Shown: positions 52,280-64,000 of the stretch, in pieces
Layout of the letters: every line of letters begins with the position of its first letter
Numbering within the stretch: position 1 is the first letter of the stretch
DNA from: Malacoraja senta
Taxonomy: Eukaryota
Assembly: GCA_038087875.1 (NCBI GenBank)
Contig: CM075990.1
Coordinates: forward strand, 1,490,001-1,554,000
DNA: 64,000 nt
Direction: 5' to 3'
Position numbers and translations under genes: made by a program
The notes under the pieces: model-generated
What the model was told of the DNA's origin: nothing
The model's database searches: none
What the model saw: the letters and a program-made list of their open reading frames with translations, nothing else

Positions 52280-53364
52280 GTCAAGTCAAGTCAAGTCACT
52301 TTTATTTATATAGCACATTTAAAAAACAACTCTCGTTTGCCAAAGTGTTTACATTGGTATAAGAATAGTATAACAAACAACAGTGGTTCATGGATTAAAT
52401 ACAAACATCACTACATACATATAGCCCTCGCTCAGAGGACGTCAAGAAAAGCTTGGGAGTAGAGATGAGTTTTATGTCTCGACTTTAAAGAGTCGATGGA
52501 GGGGTCAGTTCTGATGGGAAGAGGGATGCTGTTCCACATTCTAGGAGCTGCAACCGTAAAGGCGCGGTCGCCCCTGAGCTTATGCCTAGACCGCGGGATG
52601 TTCAGCTACCCCAAGTCGGCCGATCTGAGGGACCTGGGGTTGGTGTAGTGGGTAAGCTGACTTTTCATGTAGGTGGGGGCAAGCCCATTGAGGACTTTGT
52701 AGACATAAAGGAGGATCTTGAAATTTATTCGGAACCGCACAGGGAGCCAGTGGAGAGAGGCCAGGATCGGGGTGATGTGGTCCCTTTTTCGTGTGCCCGT
52801 CAGGAGTCTCGCTGCGGCGTTTTGGACCAGTTGCAGGCGGGATAGGGAAGATTGGCTGATGCCAGTGTAGAGGGAGTTGTAGTAATCTAGGCGGGAGGAG
52901 ATAAATGTGTGGATGATCTTTTCGAGGTCATCAAACTGGAGGAATTGTTTTATTTTAGCTATCGTCCGAAGCTGAAAAAAAGCTAGCTTTTACCACGGCA
53001 TTGACTTGTTTGTCAAGTTTCAGTGCTGAGTGAAATATCACGCCAAGGTTTTTGACGTGAGGTTTGAGTAGTGGGGTGGGGCTTCCAAGGCTGCCTGCTA
53101 TCATTTTGATTGAGTCCGAGTGGCCAAGAAGGATTACCTCAGACTTACTCTCGTTTAGTTGGAGGAAGTTCTGGGCCATCCAACACTTTATATCCTCGAG
53201 GCAGCGGATAAGGTTACGCTGATTTGATTGGTTTTTGGGCTTCAAGGGGAGATAGAGTTGTGTATCGTCTGCGTAGCAATGGAAGGAAATGCCGTGCCTT
53301 TCAATGACTTGGCCTAAGGGGAGCATATACAGGGAGAAGAGAATGGGGCCAAGGATGGAGCCTT
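52280..53364 (-). mobile_element. L2-clade LINE 3' fragment
   Basis: QGSILGPILFSLYMLPLG..HCYADDTQLYL..WMAQNFLQLNESKSE and a (TTGAC)n tail. Confidence 0.85.
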
Positions 53365-56300
53365 GTGTATTCGCCTTGTTGCCTTCTTCGCAATTAACAA
53401 CACGATATACAGTAGACAATTAAAAATAAAATGCTGGAGTAACTCAGCAGGACAGGGAGTATCTCTGGAGGGAAGGAATGGGTGACGTTTCGGGTCGAGA
53501 CTCTTGTTCAGATTTATGCCAGGGAAGGGAGATAGGCACAAAAAGGTGGAGTACCTTAACGGGACAGGCAGCATCTCAGGAGAGAATGAATGGTGACGGA
53601 TACAGTAGATGAGGTTGGAGGAGGTGCAAATGATCCTCTGCCGCACCTGAAAAGACTGTCGGGGTCCTTGCACGGAGTCGAGGTGGATGGGGGGGGGGGG
53701 CATTGGGACAGGTGCTGCATCTCCAGCTGATGCAGGGGAAATTAACTGGGAAGGGGGAGGTTTGAGTGGGAAGAATGTTGTGAGTTGAATTGAGAAAGAG
53801 TGAGTTGAAGAAAGGGGTGGAGATGGGACCAGGGAGTTATGCAGTGATCGGCCTCTGCGGAAAGGACTGGAAATGGTTCTTTAGACTGCAAATCGGTGGG
53901 GAGGAGGGGACGTGTCCCATATTCGGATAGGTGAGATTTCCTTATTCAAGGAACGTGGGTTTTCCTCTTCTCTCATAGAGGAGAGCCTCACACCTCAGTG
54001 TCCCGTAGTTCTGCTATTGCTTTCTGTTCGCCCAGTCGCAACAAAAGACAGTTCCCCTGATCCTCACTTTTCACCCCACCAGACTCCAGCCAACACATTA
54101 TCCTCCGATATTCCCGTCACCTCCTGAGGGATGTCACCACTAATCACATCTTTTCATCTCAACCCATTTCCGACTTCCCCAGGGACTGCTCCCTCTTCTT
54201 CCCCAGGGACAATTCGCTCATTTCTTCCCTCCCACCTCAAGGTCGATTGGAGGAACCGGGTGGTCTTCCCTTCAGCGCCCTCGAGGTCGGCTGCGGAAGG
54301 TGCCCCTCGGGGGAACTATGGCTGAAGAGGGCAGATGTGGAGAGGGATAACGGATTACAGGACAACCAGAGTGACGGGCCTGTATCGCCAGCTGCAGCTG
54401 CGACTGTAAAATGGTGCCAAGATGGCACCTCTTGAATATGGACTCAGTGGGTTGTTCTGTGTATACAGTACTGACTAGGGTGATTATGCATATTTACGGG
54501 GATAGTCTTGCTAAGCTGTATGAAATAATCCATTGAACCATCCCCTTCCGAGATCCATTCCCAGCAACGTAGGAGATGCATTTAAAACATGGGGGGGGGG
54601 GGCACATTGAGGACTGACATCAAGGAAAGGGGTCGGCAACCTACGGCTCACGGACCGGATCCGGCCCGCAACCCAAAATCATCCGGCGCGCAGAATTTTG
54701 TTTTTCAATTCGTTTTCACGACCTGGGAACTGCAGCCATTCCCGGGGCTGGCAGGCGATCTGGGAACTGCAGGCTGTCCTGGGGCAAGCGAGCCGACCTG
54801 GGAACTGCAGCCAGTGCCGGAACACGAAGGCGACCTGGGAAGTGCTGCCACTGGCTGTAGAGCCCAGGTCACAAAACATGGAGGAGATGGTCCGCGCACC
54901 CCCCCCCCCCCCCCCCGCCCCAGGATTAACTGGAAGATGTATTTTTTTATCGTGAAATAAAACGACAATGGCTGAGAGCACCCAACTCCGTGACAGCTCT
55001 GTGGTTATTGTTTCAAGTATTGTTTTCAGCAGACCCTCCAGCTGAGACAAAGGTTCACATGTACCTCCTCGAACCACATTTACTGCATCCGCTGTTCCTG
55101 ACGTGGGCTCCTTTACATCGGTGAGACCAAACGTAGAAAAACATAGAAAAATAGGTGCAGGAGCAGGCCATTCGGCCCTGAGAGCCTGTACTGTCATTCT
55201 ATCTGATCATGGCAGATAATCTAAAATCACTATCCCGTTCCTGCTTTTGACACATGTCTCTATACCTCCTCCCGTGTCACCACCCAAATCGCTTTTAAAA
55301 CATCATGGGTGGGGAGGGAAGGGGGGGGGGGACACAATGAGGCCTAACGTCTAGGACAGCGGTCGGCAACCTGGGGCCCACCGACCGGATGCGGCCCGCA
55401 ACCCAAAATCATCCGGCCCGCAGACGTACGCTTTTTCAATTAGTGTTCGAGACATGGGAACTGCAGCCAGTCCCGGGGCCCGTAGGCGACAAAGGGCGCT
55501 ACAGCCAGACCTGCCAGCCGACATAGGCGCTACAGCCATTCCCTCGACAGGCAAGCCCCTCTGGGCGCCACAACCATTGCCGGGCAGGCGAGCTGACCTG
55601 GGCGCTACAGCCAGTCGCGGGGCAGGCGGTCCGACCTGGGACTGGTTGTTGCGCCCAGGGCACAAAACATTTGTGGGGGGGGGGGTTGTCCCCCACCTCT
55701 CAAAACAGTTGTTAACCCCCGTCCCCCGTCTACCCCAGGATTAACTGGAATATGTTTTTCTTTATCGTGATATAAAACGACAATGGCTGAGAGCGCTGAA
55801 CTCCGTGACAGCTCTGTGGTTAGTGTTTCAATTATTGTTTTCAGCAGACCTTCCAGGTGAGACAAAGGTTCACATGTACATCCTCGAACCACAATTACTA
55901 CACCCGCTGTTCCTGATGTGGGCTCCTTTACATCGGTGAGACCAAACGTAGACTCATAGAAAAACATAGAAACATAGAAAAATAGGTGCAGGAACATGCC
56001 ATTCGGCACCGAGCCAGTACCGTCATTCTACCTGATCATGACTGATCATCTAAAATCAGTCTCCCGTTCCTGTTTTTCCCCACATCCCTTGATTCCGTTA
56101 GCCCAAAGAGCTAAATCTAACTTTCTCTTGAAAACATCCAGTGAATTGGCCTCCAATGCCTTCTGTGGCAAAGAATTCCACAGGTTCACAACTCTCTGGG
56201 TGAAAACGTTTTTCCTCATCTCAGTCCAAAATGGCCTACCCTTATTCATAAACTGTGACCACTGGTTCTGGACTCCCCCAACATCGGGTACAATTTTCCT

Positions 56301-57459
56301 GCAACAACTAGATGAATTGATTGCGTGCGGAGTCCACTGTTGTACTTCAATAAAACTCACCGCGACGGACGTTCAGATGCTAAGTTAATAATGACTTCGT
56401 CAATGAATGGGTAGATGCTATATCAGAGCTGTTGTAAGGCAAATGGTCGGTCCTCTCACCAGCTGTAGAGCGGTCCATCTACCTCATTGGAGACTTTCGA
56501 ACTATCTTTAATCGGACTTTACTGGACGTTATTTACATTAAGTTTAACCATTAAGTAATACTTTAAGTCTGAAGAAGGGTCACGACCCGAAACGTCACCC
56601 ATTCCTTCTCTCCAGAGATGCCTCCTGTCCCGCTGAGTTACTCCAGCATTCTGTGTCTCTCTTCGGTTCAAACCAGCATCTGCATTTCCTTCCTTCACGT
56701 CACCTTTATCCTTTATCTGCACACTGTGGACAGCTTGATTACAATCATGTAAAGTCCTTTCTCTGACTGGTCAGCACGTAACATACAGTTTTTCGTTGTA
56801 TCTCGCTACACGATGTAATGGTAAATTAATGTTAGCTAAATTAAACTGATATATATATATTGTTTGTGAGCAGAGATAGACACAAAATGCTGGAGTAACA
56901 CAGCAGGACAGGCCGCATCTCTGGAGAGAAGGAATGGGTGACGATTCGGGTCGAGACCCTTATTCAGATCTGCAGATCTTTCCTACTCACATTGTTTGTG
57001 ACCACGTTGCCCGGGATAGTGATGGGCTAGAAAGGTGTCACAGGTGACATTCAATGATTGCGCATACTTTCGACGGAACATATTCGAGGGCCGAAAGACC
57101 TCCTCCGATCACTGTGCTTCTGTTCTGTTTTAACAAGTTGTGATCTGGGATTTGAGTATCGATCAGACCGATGGGAAAATCTCTTCTGCTCCGCATCTGT
57201 CCCTGAAGTTGCAACGTTTACAGGGCGTGTGGTTCAGTGACCTGACCACAGTCTACGTCGGTCAAGGACTGAGGTGGAAGATGGCGAGATTCTCTGTTTC
57301 TCGTGTCTTGTGGGATCTGTATTCCGAAATGACAAAAAAGTTCACCAGCGGGATTACCACATCTGATGAACACGGTGCGTTATATAAAATAGGCGCAGAA
57401 TTACGTGAACGACTATGCCCGGATTCATGAGTTGGAGTGAACTGAGTTTCCTTCAGCAG

Positions 57460-58295
57460 AGAGAGAGAGATTCCTTTATTTGTCTTTCAGACCTTTCGGT
57501 CTGAACGAAATTGCGTTGCCTGCAGTCATACATATAATAATAAATAACAAAACACACAATAAACACAAATTAACATCCGCCACAGTGAGTTCACCAGGCA
57601 CCTCCTCACTGTGATGGAGGTAAAAGTCATAAAATCTCTGTCTCTTCCTCTTTGTTTTCCCTCTCCGCGGAGGCGATCCAGGCTTCAGATGTTGTGACCC
57701 CACCGGGTGATGGTAAGTCAGTCCCGCGGCTGAATCCGTGCTCCGCGACGGGCTGGTTCAAACTCCGCGGCCCGGGGTGGCCGAAGCTGCCGCCCTCCAG
57801 TCCAGCGGACGCAGCTGTAGTTGCGGGAGCTCCAGAAAAACAGGTCACCCACCTGTGACATGCGAGCTCCCGACGATGTCGTCCACTGGGCCCGCGGCCG
57901 AGCCTCCGGATTCAGGTCGCCACCAGTATCTTCGGTCGCCACCGCCGGAACGCCGGAATGCCACCGCAGCCCCGAAGTTGACCAGCCTCGCGTTGGTAAG
58001 TCCTGGCTCTGCCTCCGGAGGTCGGTCGGTCGCAGTTGGAGGCCGTCAGCTCCGCAATTAGGCGTCAGCGCAGACGGAGGCAGAGGAGGGGGGTACGACA
58101 AGAAAAAGTCGCATTCCCCCGAAGGAAGAGACAAAAATCATGTTTCACCCGCCCCCCCCACACACACACACACACACCTACACAACCCAATAAACTAAAA
58201 TTTAACTAAAACAGGACAAAAGAAAACAACAAAAAAAGTAAAAACAGACGGACTGCAGGCGAGCCGCAGCTGTTCAACAGCGCCGGCACTTCCGG
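57460..58295 (-). mobile_element. Non-autonomous GC-rich retroposon with (CT)n tail
   Basis: TSD AGCAG at 57455-57459 and 58296-58300. Absent from the other unit copies. Confidence 0.75.
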
Positions 58296-58310
58296 AGCAG
58301 TGGTGAAGTA

Positions 58311-58383
58311 GCCGAAATAGTTCAGTTGGGAGAGCGTCAGACTAAAGATCTAAAGGTCCCTGGTTCAATCCCGGGTTTCGGCA
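58311..58383 (+). tRNA. tRNA-Phe-derived gene with AAA anticodon (probable pseudogene)
   Basis: Full-length Phe body. The anticodon loop reads CT AAA GA, and there are two further substitutions. Confidence 0.8.
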
Positions 58384-58866
58384 ATGGTATTTAAGACTTC
58401 AATATTTAAATCAGCTTTCATAGATGTATGATTTATTCCAACGCTTTTGTTCGTGACGTAGCCGTCAGTGCCGCTCAATCAAGGTTCAACGTAAACCTCC
58501 CGTATTCTTTGACTGTCTTTCTGCCTGCATGTGACTTATTGAATTTCCAGCAGGTTTCCACTCAAATACCACAGACGTGCGGTCGGAAAATAAATTGGCA
58601 ATGTAGCTCACCCTTCAGAATGGGGCTGTTTCGTGCATGGTATACGGCGGGATGTAGCTCAGCTCCATAAATAGGAGAGGAATGGACGATACAATTTAAA
58701 CGGAGAAAGAGTGAGATGTTGCGCTTGGGCGGAACGACAGTTTGATTAACGTCTCGCTTGTGATTACCTTCTACACCCGCATACAAAGATTCTTACCAGA
58801 CGTAGATTCCTGGTGTATTGAGAGGATGCTTCTCGTAACATTTGACACGCAAATACTCCGCGCAAT

Positions 58867-58931
58867 TCCCGGCTAGCTCAGTCGGTAGAGCATGAGACTC
58901 TTAGTCGTGGGTTCGAGCCCCACGTTGGGCG
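58867..58931 (+). pseudogene. tRNA-Lys pseudogene with an 8-nt deletion
   Basis: gagactctta|gtcgtggg lacks atctcagg. Confidence 0.87.
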
Positions 58932-59965
58932 ACACTTTCTTTAACCATTATCAATAGCAAACACATGTCTATCCAGCGAATAGTTCAGGAATACTGTGCA
59001 TTTTGGGGATCTAAGGATTTTATACCTTTCAATCGCTTCGGCTACATTTATTGGAGACAATTAACTGCACGATGTGTTGTTTTTATCGTGAAATGAAACG
59101 ACAGTGGCTGAGAGCGCCCAACCCACCAACCTGATGTCCCGGTGGTTCAGCACTTCAACTCCTCCTACCATTCCGAATCCAACCTTTCTGTCCTGGGCCT
59201 CCGCCAATGCCAGAGTGAGGCCCATTGGAGGAACAGCACCTCATATTTCGCTTGTATAGTTTACACCACAGCGGTATGAACATTGACGTCTCCAATTTCA
59301 GATAGTCCTTGCTTTCTCCCTCGTTCCCCACCCCTTCCCAGCTCTCCCACAAGCCAACTGTCTCCGCCTTTTCCTTATAATCCCCCCCCCCCGAAGCAAA
59401 GACACTGGTCTGAATCTGAAGAAGTGTCTCCACCCGAAACGTCGCCTAAACCTTCTCTCCATAGAGGCTGCCTCACCCGCTGAGTTTCTCCAGCATTTTT
59501 GTCTAATTTCGGTGACCAGCAGGCAAAGGATAAGATTGTTGGGTAGATTTGTAACATTGTCGGCGCCAACACGTGGAGACAATTGTGTACTGCATAGGTT
59601 ACATGCAAAACAAGTATTTCACTGCACAAAACAAGTATTTCACTCCCTAGGTACATTTGACAATAAAGTATCATTCCTTCGTTCCTTCGTTCATTCATTC
59701 AATCATTCATTCATTCATTCAATCATTCATTCATTCATTCATTCATTCATTCATTCATTCATTCATTAATTCAATCATTCATTCAATCATTAATTAATTA
59801 ATTAATTAATTAATTAATTAATTCATTCATTCATTCGTTCAATTCTGTAACTGATCTATATCTCACTGTATATCTTGAAAGTCTTACACTCAATCTGTTA
59901 TCCCAGCAATACTGCTGTCAACTGCAAACTTACGAACCAACTGCCAACATTATATATATAATGTG

Positions 59966-60011
<46 letters not shown>

Positions 60012-62663
60012 CACAGCGGATCACAGATCCCTGTGGAAGTCTCTATTGTGATCAATCAAACCTGGTTAATGAGGAGGTTTACGAATAAGACTGAAACGCA
60101 GGGGAATCCGACATCCCCTACCGTGACAGCGTCTTCCCAACACCCATCAGGCTATCAAACGCTACAAAACACCAAATAACTAAGGGCGATGTTGGGTGCA
60201 CTCGGATTGTGGATTTTTGACACTAATTATGGGGTTATTCATTATTTTATATTGTTATCTGAGTATTGTCTTTTCAAGTTTATTATGCTACTCCAAGTAA
60301 GCATTTTGTCGTTCCGTTGTATGTACAAATGACAATAGACAATAGACAATAGGTGCGGGAGTAGGATATTCGACCCTTCGAGCCAGCACCACCATTCAAT
60401 GTGATCATGGCTGATCATCCACAATCAGTACCCCATTCCTGCCTTCTCTGCATATCCCTTAACTTCGCTCTCCCTAAGAGCCTTATCTAACTCTCTCTTG
60501 AAAGCATCCAGAGAACCAGCCTCCACCAGGCAGAGAATCCCACACACTCACAACTCTCTTTGTGAAAATGTTTTTCCTCATTTTCGTTCTAAATGGCTAA
60601 CCACTTATTGTTAATATATGGCCCCTGTTTCTGGACTCCTCCAACATTGGGAACATGTTTCCTGTCTTTAGCGTGTCCAACCCCTTAATAATCTTATATG
60701 TTTCAATAAGATCTCCTCTCATCCTTCTAAATTCCAGAATATACAAGCCCAGCCGGTCGAATCTATCAACATATGAGAGTCCCGCCATGCCGAATATTAA
60801 CCTTGTAAAACTACGCTGCACTACCTCAATAGCAAGAATAGACAATAGACAATATGTGCAGGAGTAGGCCATTCGGCCCCTGGTGCCAGAACCACCATTC
60901 AATGTCATCATGGCTGATCATCCACAATCAGTACCCCATTCCTGCCTTCTCTCCATATCCCTTAACTCCACTCTCCCTAAGAGCTTTATCTAACACTCTC
61001 TTGAAAGCATCCAGAGAACCAGCCTCCACCACCCTCTGAGGCCGAGAACGCCACACACTCACAACTCTCTTTGTGAAAATGTTTTTCCTCATTTTCATTC
61101 TAATTGGCTTACCACATTCTTAAAATATGACCCCTGTTTCTGGACTCCTCCAACATTGGGAACATGTTTCCTGTCTCTAGCGTGTCCAAACCTTTAATAA
61201 TCTTATATGTTTCAATAAGATCTCCTCTCATCCTTCTATATTCCAGAATATACAAGCACAGCCGCTCGAATCTATCAACATAGATAGATTCGATAGTCCC
61301 GCCATCCCGGATATTAACCTTGTGAAACTACGCTGCACTCCCTCAATAGCTAGAATAGACAATAGACAATAGTTGCAGGAGTAGGTCATTGGGCCACTCG
61401 AGCCAGCACCGCCATTCGATGTGATCGGGTTTGGAGACCAAAACTGCATACAATATTCCAGGTGTGGTCTCACTAGTGGCCTGTGCAACTGCAGAAGGAC
61501 CTGTTTGTTCCTACATTCAACTCCTCTTGTTATGAAAGCCAACATGCCATTCGCTTTATTCACTGCATGCTATACCTGCATGCTTACTTTCAGTCACTGA
61601 TGAACAAGGATCCCAGATCATGTTGTACTTCCCCTTTTCCCAACTTGACACCATTTAGATAATACTCTAACTTCCTGTTTTCGCCATCAAAGTGTATAAC
61701 CTCATATTTATCCACAGTAAACTGCATCTGTCATGCGTCTGCCCACTCACCCAACCTGTCCAATCGCCCTTCATCCTCATACCATCCTCCTCACAGTTCA
61801 CAATGCCACCCAGCTTTGTGTCATCTGCAAATTTGCTAATGTTACTTTTAATCCCTTTATCCAAATCATTAATATATATTGCAAACAGCTGCGGTCCCAG
61901 CACCCAGCCTTGCGGTAACCCACTAGTCCCTGCCTGCCATTCTGAAAGGGACCCGTTAATTCCCAACCTTTGTTTCCTGTCTGCCAACCAAGTTTCTATC
62001 CATGTCAGCACACTACCACCAATACCATGTGCTCTAATTTTGCCAAGTATTCGCCTCTGTGGGACCTTGTCAAATGCTTATGACACTTAAATACTCTTGA
62101 CTCGACTCTCTGGAAAAGAATGGACGGGTACGGACCAAAACGGGTAAATCCAATTGACGTAGAGGGCGTCACTGTCGACATGGACATGGTGGGCCATGAG
62201 GGCCCGAATCTGTGGTGAACGTTTCCATATTTATTTGAATCTAATGTCGAGGGCCGGTTCCGAGATGCGCGAGGAAATTGCGAAGCATCCAAAGCTTTAA
62301 AACTGTTGCTGATAAGGGAGGGAGCGATGATGTTAAGGGCCATTTATTGAAATCCGGTCCCAGGCCAATAAGCTGGAGAAACTCAGCGAGACAGGCAGCA
62401 TCGCTGGAGTGAAGGAATGGGTGACGTTTCTGGTTGACACCCTTCTTCAAAGTAGATTAGATTAGTTTGGCATTATGTTAGACTGATATTGTGGGCCGAA
62501 TGGGACTATTTCAGAGCTCCTGTACTGTATGTATTATGTTAATTCGGAATGTTCAATAAAGCGATCAATTCAGCAAAAATATTTGCTGCTGGCACCATTT
62601 ATAAATCAAGATGTGCAAAATATGCCTTGGAATTCCAGTTAAATTTAGAACGGGGAAAACTTT

Positions 62664-62735
62664 CTCCCCGTCAGGGAATTGAACCCCGGTCTCCCGCGTG
62701 ACAGGCGGGGATACTAACCACTATACTAACGAGGA
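62664..62735 (-). tRNA. tRNA-Asp(GTC)
   Basis: Full-length match. One T-stem C>T gives a G:U pair. Confidence 0.9.
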
Positions 62736-62905
62736 ATCACCATGTTTTGCGTTGTGAAGCAGCATAATGTATGTAGGTGGAACGGGAGGGGGTGAGGGAG
62801 AAGGGGAAGGAGAAATGCATGCGAGTCGAAGAGGAAAGTGGGTAAAAGTGTTGTTTGTGGGTTAGTTACACAAGGTTGCAGAATTTCATGTTAATAGCCT
62901 GAGAT

Positions 62906-64000
62906 TTTAATTCGGAGTCACGTGAGTGACTACGTGAAGAAGCCCGCCAGCCCGCATGCGCCTCATTCTGTCTAACGCATGGCGCACGACTGGCTGGCAG
63001 GCGCGTCGCTACTCCAGCGGTAAGTTTCAAAATCCTGCAGGTAAGTTTTCGAACTTAATTTCAGGTTGTGCTTTTCCTTGCAGGAAGCTCTTTTACAGAG
63101 TACCTGCTGGATGACATTCGGGGTCGAAATCCAGGCTCCGCGGGGAAACCCGGCTCGGGGAATCCCGGCTACGGAGACCGGGGGGGATTCCGGCTCCGCG
63201 GAGATGCCGGCTCGGGGAAACCCGGCTATGGAGACCGCGGGGAATACCGGCTCCGCGGATAAAGGCTCGGGGAAACCCGGCTACGGAGACCGCGGGGAAT
63301 CTCGGCTCCGCGGGAGTGCGGGCAGCCGGCGGCGGACGGGTTCGCTACCCAAGTCGCTGACAGGGCGGTCAGCGACTCCAGACTCCTGCAACCCCGAGAG
63401 GCTGTGCAGCCGAACGGAGTCCGACAGGCCTGGACTGGGACAAGTCAGGCCAGGAGAGTTCCCCTCCATGGGTACGTCCTCGGACGTTTACCCAGGGAGA
63501 GCATGGATGCGTCCGCAGGGCGTTCATCCCACTGAGGAGATGCTCCATCCTGATATGGTCCGTGGAACGGGGCCATATCAGCGCAGGTCTCGTCAGGGAC
63601 CTGCAGCAGCACCTGTTTCACGGCTGCTTACAAATCTCCCTCTCTGTGGAGGGGATTGCGAGGGGTCAGTGTGTGACTGACTCCAAACTCGGAAGTATGT
63701 CCGTGAGACATGCTGGAGTACATGCGTGAGGTTCAAGATTTTCTGTCATGGCATCAAGGGTTGCGATATCCTCGCAAACGGAGGAGCCGCTGCAGGAAGA
63801 GTTGGCTTCCAGCCTATGGCAGAAAACCCGGGGGGGCAGAGTTTTCCCTCACATTACAAGCTTGGTAAGCATCAGTGACCTCACGTCACATCATTACAGG
63901 GACATACACCTGTAAATTGTGCATTCCTGAAGGTGCCTGCACTGAACAGCGCTATCTGGGGAGTCTACGGATGGCGTCCAGCCGCCGAATCTTTTCCTTG
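62906..64000 (+). mobile_element. 5' part of a second DIRS element, running off the window
   Basis: TTTAATTCGGAGTCACGTGAGTGACTACGTGAAGAAG..CGCATGCGC matches the 5' terminus of the 9345-13741 element. It is inserted at the gatttt site that is empty at about 4990 and 52150. CAFLKVPALN near 63920 echoes CELLKVPAVN in the first element. Confidence 0.8.

Overview
Eukaryotic, repeat-saturated DNA. The CR1/Penelope/Rex repeat vocabulary suggests a cartilaginous fish such as a skate or ray (inference). No host protein-coding gene is evident. The backbone is a tandemly repeated tRNA-gene unit of roughly 10-13 kb, ordered tRNA-Asp(GTC, -), initiator tRNA-Met(-), tRNA-Phe(+), tRNA-Lys(+). It is present about three times plus the start of a fourth, with 12 tRNA genes or pseudogenes in total. 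Each copy has decayed differently and carries its own insertions: a non-autonomous Helitron holding two minisatellites and a THAP-bearing ISL2EU-like end; a fold-back THAP MITE; two DIRS tyrosine-recombinase retroelements; a ~13 kb class I (epsilon/gamma-like) endogenous retrovirus with a tRNA-Ser(UGA) PBS, a triplicated LTR-end/PBS block, and nested CR1 and near-intact L1 insertions; a near-full-length CR1; Rex1/Babar and L2 LINE fragments; and many Penelope remnants with hammerhead-ribozyme-like motifs. The most striking pattern is four unrelated insertions 15-36 bp upstream of tRNA 5' ends, all pointing away from the tRNA. A 200-N assembly gap lies at 32986-33185. All calls were made by eye with no database searches, so TE boundaries are approximate unless a TSD is quoted.
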